Shown here piece by piece: positions 10,362-19,629 of a stretch of DNA of 64,000 nt. The first letter of the stretch is position 1. Each line of letters begins with the position of its first letter. The notes under the pieces are model-generated. The model saw only the letters and a list, made by a program, of their open reading frames with translations, ran no database searches and was not told the origin of the DNA. The translations under genes were made by a program, and so were the position numbers. The stretch comes from Faecousia sp. (GTDB taxonomy: Bacteria > Bacillota > Clostridia > Oscillospirales > Oscillospiraceae): positions 67-64,066 of the forward strand of contig JAZSPA010000027.1 of NCBI GenBank assembly GCA_045537165.1. The letters run 5' to 3'.

Positions 10362-10431
10362 CTGCAAACCAGCGCCTTTATATGTTAACAGATTAACATC
10401 ACAGATCTATTTTATCCCTTCACTTTGGACT

Positions 10432-10677
10432 CTATAATTCAGCGTTAAAAGGCAACCTACCATACGGACCAATTCGGTCAATATACGCAAAAAACTCTTC
10501 TACTGTTACCTGCTTCCCTTTATGCGGTATCGATTTCCATCTGGCCTGTACAATTGGATCTGGATCTTGCTGTGCAGCATTGATCGTGTCTTGTAATCGG
10601 TCATATGCCTGTTCCACAGAAATACCTTCAAATTGCGCCACATCCTTAAGCATTTTTTGAAATTTACGGTTCTGCAT
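10432..10677 (-). CDS. Small protein resembling stand-alone Spo0A C-terminal-like domain
   Basis: VAQFEGISVEQAYDRLQDTI...WKSIP.KGKQVTVEEFFAYI resembles the end of Spo0A_C; RBS AAGGGG and upstream TATAAT. Confidence 0.5.
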   Translation of the reverse strand: MQNRKFQKMLKDVAQFEGISVEQAYDRLQDTINAAQQDPDPIVQARWKSIPHKGKQVTVEEFFAYIDRIGPYGRLPFNAEL

Positions 10678-10779
10678 AACGTCACCCCTTTTTCTATTAT
10701 AGCATATTGTGGTTATCTCCACAATACTGAATCCAATCTTTTTTGCCTATAATGTAAAAAAGAAAGGGTGGTGAGGAAT

Positions 10780-10974
10780 ATGCTGGATTATAGTCCCCTG
10801 TGGCAAACTATGGAGAAAAAAGGCATATCCCAATATGCGCTTATCAAGGCCGGTATTGATAATAAAACCCTGGATTCCCTGAAAAAGGGCAAGAACATCA
10901 CTTTACTGACCCTTGAAAAACTTTGCTGCATATTATCCTGCACGCCCAACGATATTATCCGCTTCATCGACTAA
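10780..10974 (+). CDS. Cro/C1-type HTH protein
   Basis: YSPLWQTMEKKGISQYALIK...TLEKLCCILSCTPNDII; own terminator at 10974-10998. Confidence 0.8.
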   Translation: MLDYSPLWQTMEKKGISQYALIKAGIDNKTLDSLKKGKNITLLTLEKLCCILSCTPNDIIRFID

Positions 10975-11023
10975 AGCACCTGCTGTTGCAGGTGCTTTAT
11001 TTTATCCATCGTGTTAGCGATCC

Positions 11024-11058
11024 CTTCATTCAGCATTCTGCATTCATCATTCAGCATT
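11024..11058. repeat. Heptamer tandem repeat (CNNCATT)x5
   Basis: CTTCATT CAGCATT CTGCATT CATCATT CAGCATT. Confidence 0.75.
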
Positions 11059-11059
11059 G

Positions 11060-11096
11060 AAAAAGAGTGTCCACTTTTTAGTGGACACTCTTTTTC
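11060..11096. terminator. htpG terminator, direct-repeat copy 2
   Basis: Same palindrome as 10320-10355, directly after the htpG stop. Confidence 0.85.
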
Positions 11097-12986
11097 TTAT
11101 TTCATCAGCTTGCACACCAATTCAGCAAACTCTGCCGGGTTTTCCAAGGGCAGCTCTGCCATCAGCTGTGCCTGGGCGCACAAAAGCTTAGCATAGTCCT
11201 TTGCCTTGTCCGGGTCTTCCGCGGTAGCCAGCTCCATGGCCTGCACCGCCTTATGCTCCGGATTCAGCTCCAAAATCCACATAGAGGGCAGGGCGTAATC
11301 CGGCTGCATCCGCTTCATATACTTTTCCATCTCGAAGCTCATACCGTTAGCGCTTACAAGATTCACTGCCTGTTCACCCAAGTCAGCAGACAGACGCACC
11401 TCGGTAACCTTTTCACCCAAAGCTTCCTTGACGAACTCCAGCATCGCCTTTTTCTGCTGTGCCTTTTCTTCCAGAGCTTTCTTTTCGTCCTCACTCTGCA
11501 GGCCCAAGTCTTCGGTGGCGCAATTGCAGAAGTTCTTTTCACCGTAGGACATAAGCATTTGAGGAACGAACTCATCCACCTCATCGGTCATAAACAGCAC
11601 GTCATACCCCTTGTTTTCCAGCGCTTTGACCTGCGGAGCGGCAGCCATACGCTGGATGCTCTGACCGCTTAAATAATAGATCTTCTGCTGCTCTTCCGGC
11701 ATTTTCGCCACATATTCTGCCAAAGTGACCAGTTTTTGCTCCTTGTGAGAATAATACAGCAGCAGATCCTGAGTAGCTTCCTTGTGAGCGCCGTAGGCGG
11801 CAACGCAGCCGTATTTCAGCTGACGGCCAAACTCCTTAAAGAAGGTCTCATAGCTTTCCCGGTCATTTTCCAAAAGATCCTTAAGTTCTGCTTTGATCTT
11901 CTTTTCCACATTCTTAGCAATGATGCTCAGCTGCCGGTTATGCTGCAAAAGCTCACGGCTAATGTTCAAAGACAGATCCTGACTATCCACCACGCCCCGG
12001 ACAAAGCTGAAATATTCGGGGATCAGGTCTTCGCAGGCCTCCATGATCATCACACCGGAGGAATAAAGCTGCAGACCGGGCTTAAAATCCTTGCTGTAGT
12101 AATTCATAGGCGCTTTTCCGGGAACATACAGCAGCGCCTTATAAGACACCGTACCCTCTGCGCTGGTATGCACCGTACGCAAAGGCTTATTATAATCGAA
12201 GAACTTTTCCCGATAGAAGCTATTGTATTCTTCCTCGGTCACATCCTTCTTGGCTCTCTGCCACAAAGGCACCATGGTATTTAAAGTCTTTACTTCCTGA
12301 TAGCTTTCATACTCCGGCTTATCCTCAGGGCTACCCTCCTTCACACGGGATGCGCTGACCTCCATTAAGATGGGATAGCGGATATAATCGGAATATTTTT
12401 TCACCAGACTGCGGATCTCATACTCCTTGCAGAAACGGGAGTACTCCTCTTCCTCGGTATCATTTTTCAGGGTCATGATCACATCGGTGCCGGGGTATTC
12501 TCTCTCGGTTTCCGTAATAGTATAGCCATCTGCGCCGTCGGAGACCCACTTATAAGCGGTGTCCTCGCCATACTTCCTTGTAATTACAGTCACAGAGGAT
12601 GCTACCATAAAGGCCGCATAGAAGCCAACGCCGAACTGACCGATAATATCGATCTCGTCAGTTTCTTCCATATTTTCCTTAAAGCCCAAAGAACCGGATT
12701 TGCAGATCGTACCTAAATTTTCTTCCAATTCTGCCTTATTCATACCGATGCCCCGGTCAGAAACGGTCAAAATTCCGTTCTTCTCATCCCGGGTAATGGT
12801 GATGGCCAGGTCATCCCGGTTGATGCTCACCTTATCATCAGTCAGGGCGGTGTATGCCAGCTTATCCATTGCATCGGATGCATTGGAAATGATCTCCCGC
12901 AGGAAGATCTCCTGATGGGTATAAATAGAATGAATCATCAGATCCAAAAGCCGCTTGGACTCTGCCTTGAACTGCTTTTTTGCCAT
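11097..12986 (-). CDS. htpG: Chaperone HtpG (Hsp90)
   Basis: IFLREIISNASDA, DRGIGM, IGQFGVGFY, LNISRE; start chosen from RBS AAGGAG. Confidence 0.95.
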   Translation of the reverse strand: MAKKQFKAESKRLLDLMIHSIYTHQEIFLREIISNASDAMDKLAYTALTDDKVSINRDDLAITITRDEKNGILTVSDRGIGMNKAELEENLGTICKSGSLGFKENMEETDEIDIIGQFGVGFYAAFMVASSVTVITRKYGEDTAYKWVSDGADGYTITETEREYPGTDVIMTLKNDTEEEEYSRFCKEYEIRSLVKKYSDYIRYPILMEVSASRVKEGSPEDKPEYESYQEVKTLNTMVPLWQRAKKDVTEEEYNSFYREKFFDYNKPLRTVHTSAEGTVSYKALLYVPGKAPMNYYSKDFKPGLQLYSSGVMIMEACEDLIPEYFSFVRGVVDSQDLSLNISRELLQHNRQLSIIAKNVEKKIKAELKDLLENDRESYETFFKEFGRQLKYGCVAAYGAHKEATQDLLLYYSHKEQKLVTLAEYVAKMPEEQQKIYYLSGQSIQRMAAAPQVKALENKGYDVLFMTDEVDEFVPQMLMSYGEKNFCNCATEDLGLQSEDEKKALEEKAQQKKAMLEFVKEALGEKVTEVRLSADLGEQAVNLVSANGMSFEMEKYMKRMQPDYALPSMWILELNPEHKAVQAMELATAEDPDKAKDYAKLLCAQAQLMAELPLENPAEFAELVCKLMK

Positions 12987-13002
12987 TTTATTTTCGCTCC
13001 TT

Positions 13003-13029
13003 TTAGCACTCAATTTATGCGAGTGCTAA
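13003..13029. promoter_or_regulatory. CIRCE element (HrcA operator)
   Basis: Perfect TTAGCACTC-N9-GAGTGCTAA between the htpG -10 (TATAAT on the minus strand, 13031-13036) and its RBS. Confidence 0.95.
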
Positions 13030-13199
13030 AATTATAACACACCTGCAGAAAAAAGCAAGTAGTTAGAAAAAAGTTCTTTCTTTATTTACAATTTTGTGGT
13101 ATTCTTAAAATGTAGAAGTATGCGCCCACGGAAATGATGGGTGGCAAGAGAGCAACTGAGAAAATTTGGAATATGTTTTGAAAGAAGTAAGGAGTAACT

Positions 13200-14804
13200 A
13201 TGATCACAGTTAGCAATTTAGGTATGCAATTCGGCGGCCAATGGCTGTTCCAGCACGTAGACCTGCAGTTTTTGCCCGGCAACTGCTACGGCATCATCGG
13301 CGCCAACGGTGCAGGCAAGTCCACCTTCCTTCGCCTGCTGTATGGCGAACTGGATTCCACCACCGGCTCCATCTCCATCCCCGAAGAGCTGCGGGTATCT
13401 GTCTTAAAGCAGAATCAGAATGCTTATGACGCCTATTCCATTATGGACACCGTCATTATGGGCAACCAGCATCTTTACGATGTGATGAAAGAAAAGGACG
13501 CCATTTACGAAAAGGAAGATTTCACCGATGAGGACGGCCTGCGGGCATCCGAATTGGAGGTAGAATTTGCGGAAATGGGTGGCTGGGAAGCAGAATCCGA
13601 CGCATCCCGCATGCTCCAGGGTCTGGGCGTTCCCACCGAGCTGCACTACGATATGATGGGCGATACCGACCCCCGTTTGAAGGTAAAAGTCCTGCTTGCC
13701 CAGGCGCTGTTCGGCAACCCTGACATCGTCATGCTGGACGAGCCTACCAACAACTTGGACATCGAATCCATCAACTGGCTGGAGGATTTCCTTTTGGACT
13801 TCCCCGGCATGGTCATCGCCGTGTCCCACGACCGGCACTTCCTCAACACCGTCTGCACCCACACCGTGGATATTGACTACGGCAAGATCAAGATGTACGT
13901 AGGTAACTACGACTTCTGGTACGAATCCTCCCAGATGGTGCAGGCTATGATCCGCAACAAGAACAAAAAGAATCAAGAAAAGATCGAAGAGCTGCAGCTG
14001 TTCATCCAGCGCTTCTCCGCCAACAAATCCAAGGCCAAGCAGGCTACCGCCCGCCGGAAACTGCTGGACAAGCTGACGGTGGAAGAAATGCCCTGTTCCA
14101 CCCGCCGCTATCCCTTTGTCGGCTTCCAGCCGGAACGGGAGCTGGGTAAGGATATCCTCACCGTTAACGATGTTTCCGTGACGGTAGACGGGGTCAAGCT
14201 TCTGGATAAGGTCTACTTCTCCGTAGGCAAGAACGATAAGATCGCCTTTGTAGGTGAAAATGAGCTGGCCCAGACCGCTCTGTTCCAGATCCTGATGGGT
14301 GAGCTGCAGCCGGACGAAGGCTCTATCAAGTGGGGCATCTCCACGGTACGCAGCTACCTGCCCAAGGATAACACCGAATATTTTGAAGGCAACAAAATGG
14401 AGCTGGTAGACTGGCTGCGGCAGTACTCCGCCAAAAAGGACGATGTGTACCTCCGGGGCTTCCTGGGTCGTATGCTCTTCTCCAACGAAGATGTATTCAA
14501 GCCTGTGGATGTGCTTTCCGGTGGTGAAAAGGTGCGCTGCATGCTGTCCAAAATGATGCTCAGCGGCGCCAACGTGGTGCTGTTGGACCAGCCTACCAAC
14601 CACCTGGATATGGAATCCATTCAGGCCGTGAACAAGGGCCTGGAGGCCTTCCCCGGTGTTGTATTGCTGGCAAGCCACGACCACGAAATGCTTTCCTCCA
14701 CCTGTAACCGTGTCATCGCTTTCCAGCCCGATGGCACCATTGTAGACCGCTACGGCACTTACGATGAGTACCTGTACTGGATGGAGCAGCAGAAAGGTAA
14801 TTAA
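13200..14804 (+). CDS. ABC-F family ATPase (YbiT/YkpA-like)
   Basis: GANGAGKST, LDEPTNNLD, QATARRK linker, LSGGEKVRCML; no TM segments. Confidence 0.9.
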   Translation: MITVSNLGMQFGGQWLFQHVDLQFLPGNCYGIIGANGAGKSTFLRLLYGELDSTTGSISIPEELRVSVLKQNQNAYDAYSIMDTVIMGNQHLYDVMKEKDAIYEKEDFTDEDGLRASELEVEFAEMGGWEAESDASRMLQGLGVPTELHYDMMGDTDPRLKVKVLLAQALFGNPDIVMLDEPTNNLDIESINWLEDFLLDFPGMVIAVSHDRHFLNTVCTHTVDIDYGKIKMYVGNYDFWYESSQMVQAMIRNKNKKNQEKIEELQLFIQRFSANKSKAKQATARRKLLDKLTVEEMPCSTRRYPFVGFQPERELGKDILTVNDVSVTVDGVKLLDKVYFSVGKNDKIAFVGENELAQTALFQILMGELQPDEGSIKWGISTVRSYLPKDNTEYFEGNKMELVDWLRQYSAKKDDVYLRGFLGRMLFSNEDVFKPVDVLSGGEKVRCMLSKMMLSGANVVLLDQPTNHLDMESIQAVNKGLEAFPGVVLLASHDHEMLSSTCNRVIAFQPDGTIVDRYGTYDEYLYWMEQQKGN

Positions 14805-14807
14805 GTT

Positions 14808-16555
14808 ATGAAAAAGATTTTAGATATTATTTCTGAAAAAATGGCTCAGGCTTTCGCCGATGCCGGCTACGACCCTGCCTACGGCAAGGTCACCGTGTCC
14901 AACCGGCCTGACCTGTGCCAGTATCAGTGCAACGGCGCGCTTTCTGCCGCCAAGGCCTATAAGTGCGCGCCCATTGCCATTGCACAGGCAGTTGCAGAAA
15001 AACTCTGCAAAAACGATTTTTCCAAGTGTGACGCAGTGATGCCCGGCTTTATCAACCTGAACCTTTCCGACGCATTTTTGCAGGATTACCTGGAAAATAT
15101 GCGTAACGAAGCTGATTTTGGTATTGAAAAGTTTGGCAAAGGCAAGACCGTTGTTGTAGACTACGGCGGGGCAAATGTTGCCAAGCCTCTGCACATCGGC
15201 CACCTGCGCCCTGCGATCATTGGCGAGGCTTTAAAGCGCATTTACAAGTTCTTCGGCTATGAGACCATCGGCGATATTCACCTGGGCGACTGGGGTCTGC
15301 AGATGGGTCTGATCATCGCTGAGCTGCAGGAGCGGCAGCCTGACCTTCCTTACTTTGATCCTGATTTTACCGGCGAATATCCTGCCGAATCTCCTTTCAC
15401 CCTGAGCGAGCTGGAAGAGATTTACCCCACCGCATCTTCCAAGAAGACCGATCCCGTATTTGCAGAAAAGGCCCACGTTGCCACCTATGAGCTCAGCAGG
15501 GTCGCCGGGGCTACCGGGCGATCTGGAATCATATTATGGGCATTTCCCTGCCCGACCTGCGCCGCATTTATGACGCCCTGGACGTACATTATGAAAAGTG
15601 GCTGGGCGAAAGCGACGCCGACCCCTATATCCCCGCTATGGTAAAGGATCTTAAGGATCGGGGCATTGCCGTGCTCAGTAATGGCGCCTGGGTCATTCCT
15701 GTTGAAGAGGAAACGGACAAGAAGGAAGTTCCCCCTATGATCCTCATTAAGTCCGACGGCTCTGCCATCTACGCCACCACCGACCTTGCTACCATGGTGC
15801 AGCGTATGCAGGACTGGAATCCTGACAAGATGCTCTACATCACTGACAAGCGGCAGAATCTCCACTTTGAGCAGGTCTTCCGCGCCGCTAAGAAGAGCGG
15901 CATTGTAAAACCGGAGACCGAGCTGGAACACGTAGGTCATGGCACTATGAACGGCGCTGACGGCAAGCCCTTCAAGACCCGTGACGGCGGTGTGCTGCGT
16001 TTGGAGCAGCTGATCGCCGATATGACCAACTTTGTCCGCAGTAAGGTTGTGGAAAACAAGATCGTTGCGGAAGAAGAGGTGGAAGCTACCACCGCCAAGA
16101 TCGCTTTGGCAGCGCTGAAATACGGCGATCTTTCCAACCAGCCCACCAAGGACTATAACTTTGACTTAGAGCGTTTTGCTGCTTTCGAGGGCAACACCGG
16201 TCCTTATATCCTGTATACCATCGTGCGGATCAAGTCTATTCTGAACCGCTACGGCGCTTGGGAGAATCTGCCCATTACCGTTCCTGCGGGCGACTACGCC
16301 CGGGAGCTGATGCTCACCATTACCCGCCTTGGCCCGGCTCTGGAAAGCGCTCTGCGTACTTCCAGCCCCAACCTGATCTGCGCTTATATCTATGAGCTTG
16401 CAGGCGCTGTGAACAAGTTCTACCACGAGACCCGTATTCTTACCGAAGAAGACAAGGCTCTGCAGGCAGGCTACATCAGCCTGATCGCATTGGCCAAGAA
16501 CATTCTGGAAACCTGCATTGACCTGCTGGGCTTCTCCGCTCCGGACAAGATGTAA
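14808..16555 (+). CDS. argS: Arginine--tRNA ligase, split by a 1-nt deletion near 15493
   Basis: KPLHIGHLR (HIGH), GDWGLQMG, YATTDLA, KPFKTRDG, FEGNTGPYILY; the two ORFs join if one base is restored in GAGCT^CAGCAG. Confidence 0.9.
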
Positions 16556-17394
16556 TGAAACGATTCCGTAAGGTCTATGTGGAAATTTCCAATGTGTGCA
16601 ACTTAAGCTGCCGCTTTTGCCCCGGCACAAAGCGGCAGCCCAAAATAATGGACACAAAGGAATTTACCCAAATTCTAAGCAAGCTGCGCCCTTACACCGA
16701 CTTTGTATATTTCCACCTGATGGGCGAGCCGCTGCTGCACCCCAAGCTGGAAGAATACCTGGCTATCGCCGGGCAGCTGGGCTTGCAGGTGATCCTCACC
16801 ACCAACGGCACGCTGCTAAAGCGGCAGCAGGAAATGCTTCTTAATTCCCCTGCCCTGCACAAGGTAAATATATCTCTGCACGCCTTTGAAGCCAATGATC
16901 TTGCCGTTTCCTTTGAAGATTACCTTGCCGCCTGCTTTGCTTACGGCAAGGCAGCCGCAGGCAACAAGCTAACGGTATTCCGGCTTTGGAATCAGGGCGG
17001 TGAGGAGGAAAAGAACAGCCAAATTTTAAGTGCTTTAGAAAAGGCTTTTCCCAAGCCTTGGGAAGAAAGCCGAAAAGGTATCCGCCTGGCAGACAAGGTG
17101 TACTTAGAATACGGCGATAAATTCGACTGGCCGGATATTAATTTGGAAGAAGGCTCCCAGCAGGTTTTCTGCTACGGCCTGAAAGATCAGATGGGCGTGC
17201 TGTGCGACGGCACAGTTGTCCCCTGCTGCTTAGACCACGAAGGAGACATTCCCTTGGGAAATCTTTTACAGCAGGAGCTTTCTGAAATTTTAGAAAGCAG
17301 CCGGACAAAAGCCATTATGGAAGGCTTTGCAAAGCGGCAAGCTTCTGAACCCCTCTGCCGCCGCTGCGGCTACGCCAAACGATTTGTCAAATAA
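16555..17394 (+). CDS. Radical SAM/SPASM protein
   Basis: CNLSCRFC, MGEPLLHP, TTNGTLL, C-terminal FCYG...VVPCCLD...CRRC. Confidence 0.9.
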   Translation: MKRFRKVYVEISNVCNLSCRFCPGTKRQPKIMDTKEFTQILSKLRPYTDFVYFHLMGEPLLHPKLEEYLAIAGQLGLQVILTTNGTLLKRQQEMLLNSPALHKVNISLHAFEANDLAVSFEDYLAACFAYGKAAAGNKLTVFRLWNQGGEEEKNSQILSALEKAFPKPWEESRKGIRLADKVYLEYGDKFDWPDINLEEGSQQVFCYGLKDQMGVLCDGTVVPCCLDHEGDIPLGNLLQQELSEILESSRTKAIMEGFAKRQASEPLCRRCGYAKRFVK

Positions 17395-17441
17395 AACAAA
17401 GTGGGCTTTCCGCAACAAATGCGGGAAGCCCACCTTTTTAT

Positions 17442-18377
17442 TTAGGGATGCAAGGTAATTACTTCATTTGCAAAATCATCTGCGAGCCAATCATCACTAT
17501 TGTATGCCCGGAATGCAAACTCAATTTCCTCAATTTCCGTAATGCCGTTTTCCTCCAACGTGCTATTGCTCCACCGCATAGAACTGAATTTACATTTCCC
17601 GGCTACTACAGATGTTGCATAGAAAGGATCAATCATAAATCCGTTGACAGAGGCTTCATTGGCACTGAACATTACGTTTTTATCCGTTTTATTCACCAAA
17701 AACAGGTTAACAGTATAACCCCAAATAGGATCTTCTTCGTAACCTGTCACGATTACCGTGACAGAGCCGTTATCAATGATCACATTATCAGAGGGTTGTG
17801 CTTCTCGAACGAATGGAACTGCCTTATCTTCTCCATAGGGATAGATATGAACGGTTTCGATTGCGACTTCATCCGCCATCCAGTCGTTACTGTCATAAAC
17901 ACGGAAGATCAGCTCAATATCGGTAAAATCACCAACACCGTATTCTTCAAGTTCATCTTTCGCAAAGTGGATTTGCTCATTTGCCTTTTTCCCCGCTGCC
18001 ACTTCACTAGCAAAGAAAGGATCACATTCCACACCGTTAATTGCCGCGCTCATAACAGAGAACATATAAGTTTTATCTGCAGATTTATTCTCAAGCTGCG
18101 CCTTCAGGGTATATCCCCACATATTATCAGGGTCAATCCCTGTAATTTTAATCAAGCACTCAGCGTTATCAACCACCATAACCTCGGAAAACGAGATTTG
18201 ATTGTTTTCTGTTTTTCCACTATCGTCATTATTGTCGTTGTTGTTATCGTTGTTGTTAGTGCCTCCACCTTGCGGCAAATTCGTTTGATCATTGTCACTT
18301 TGGGTTGTTCCCCCCGCACAGGCAGCAAGGGATAATGCCAGCGCCAGGGCAAGCATTAGGGCGATCATCTTTTTCAT
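17442..18377 (-). CDS. Lipoprotein with two tandem beta-rich domains
   Basis: MKK...LSLAAC lipobox, Asn/Asp-rich linker, two repeats (DN...WGYT...NK..K..MFS...NG...DPF...V.AGK). Confidence 0.8.
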   Translation of the reverse strand: MKKMIALMLALALALSLAACAGGTTQSDNDQTNLPQGGGTNNNDNNNDNNDDSGKTENNQISFSEVMVVDNAECLIKITGIDPDNMWGYTLKAQLENKSADKTYMFSVMSAAINGVECDPFFASEVAAGKKANEQIHFAKDELEEYGVGDFTDIELIFRVYDSNDWMADEVAIETVHIYPYGEDKAVPFVREAQPSDNVIIDNGSVTVIVTGYEEDPIWGYTVNLFLVNKTDKNVMFSANEASVNGFMIDPFYATSVVAGKCKFSSMRWSNSTLEENGITEIEEIEFAFRAYNSDDWLADDFANEVITLHP

Positions 18378-18398
18378 TTTTGTGTACCTCCAATAATT

Positions 18399-18600
18399 AA
18401 AAAGTGTGTGCAACCGAAGTCGCACACACCGAAAAACGCGACTCCGATTGTCGCCAAACAAATCTTAAACGCAAAAGGTAGCCCTTTATGCAATTCAAGT
18501 GGAATCACGTTTTTACCGAATTCAAATTGAATTGCACCGTAAAGGGCATAGCATCCCCATAAAAGCGGCTCTTTTAACTATATTAAGATTTGTTTGGCAT
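18399..18600 (-). ncRNA. Candidate structured 5' leader/attenuator of the lipoprotein gene
   Basis: Perfect 16-bp IR 18453-18468/18583-18598, nested IR 18481-18498/18527-18547, terminator-like hairpin with T-run before the RBS, extended -10 TGTGGTATAAT at 18605-18615. Confidence 0.5.
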
Positions 18601-18718
18601 AAGGATTATACCACATTGCCGCAAAAAAGAAAAGGGATTTTCGTATTTTTACAAATTTTGCAATTCATACTACTCTTTCCCCACCCCTGCATTTTTATTC
18701 ATTAGCTGCAAGATGTGC

Positions 18719-18751
18719 TGTCGCCGCTGCGGCTATGCAAAAAGATTTATC
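18719..18751 (+). repeat. Diverged duplicate of the radical SAM gene 3' end
   Basis: 28/33 nt identical to 17356-17388; encodes CRRCGYAKRFI versus CRRCGYAKRFV. Confidence 0.8.
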
Positions 18752-19583
18752 GAACGTTTACCTTACAGGTACTTTCTATCACCGAGTCTTCCCAGATCAC
18801 CTGACCGATGGAATCGGCGGTGATAGATCCGGAAGCCGGATTTTTCACAGAATCAATATGACCGGTTACGGTTGCCTCTACCTGAGAATACTCAAAGCTT
18901 AGATCGGTTGCTTCCATGGTGCAGTCGATCAGCTTCAGATTTTTGCAGTAGCACAGCGGCTGTGTGCCGATAATGTGGCAGTTTATGAGGGTCAGGCCAT
19001 CAGAATACCAGCCTAAATATTCCCCTTTCAGCACCGTATTTTTTACCGTAACATTTTTGGCGTGCCAAAAGGCATCCTTGGTATAAAGCGAAGAATCTGT
19101 AACGGTTACATTTTCTGTATACTGAAAAGAATATTTGCCATTGAGGGTAAAATGGGAAAGGCTCAGATCCCGGCTGTCAAAAAATATGTACTGGGCCTGG
19201 GCATCGCAATGCTCCATACGAATGTTTTGACATTTCCAGCCAAATTCCTCCGATTGGATATGGCAGTTTTCCAGGGCAATATCCTCACATTCCCGCAGAC
19301 ACTTAATGCCGCCCAAAGCGCACCCAGCAATTTCTCCCGTTTGGGCGTACCAAATCGCTGCCCGGGTCTTATCATCCATGGTGCTGTTTTTAAGGTTAAA
19401 CCCTACCGTATGCCACAATGGATAGCGCAGGCTGAAGGTGCAATTTTCCACATTGACATTCCGGCTTTCCTTCAGGGCAGATTCACCGTCAGCCGGGCCT
19501 GCAAAGCAGCAATCCCTAACCGTGGCATCCTGCAGATTATATAGCGCTCTTTCTTCATCAAAGGTCTTTGCCTTTATAATCAT
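18747..19583 (-). CDS. DUF3737 family protein
   Basis: FDEERALY, DGESALKE, LRYPLWH, GKYSFQY, TKDAFW, GEYLGWYS, QPLCY. Confidence 0.85.
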   Translation of the reverse strand: MIIKAKTFDEERALYNLQDATVRDCCFAGPADGESALKESRNVNVENCTFSLRYPLWHTVGFNLKNSTMDDKTRAAIWYAQTGEIAGCALGGIKCLRECEDIALENCHIQSEEFGWKCQNIRMEHCDAQAQYIFFDSRDLSLSHFTLNGKYSFQYTENVTVTDSSLYTKDAFWHAKNVTVKNTVLKGEYLGWYSDGLTLINCHIIGTQPLCYCKNLKLIDCTMEATDLSFEYSQVEATVTGHIDSVKNPASGSITADSIGQVIWEDSVIESTCKVNVR

Positions 19584-19629
19584 ATATATCCTCTTTTCAA
19601 AAGCCGGGAGGGCTATGCCCTCCCTTAGC

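Noticed and set aside
15481-15510. Programmed frameshift in argS
   Set aside because: No slippery heptamer or homopolymer at the junction
18225-18260. GTT/AAC triplet run
   Set aside because: Simply encodes the Asn/Asp linker of the lipoprotein
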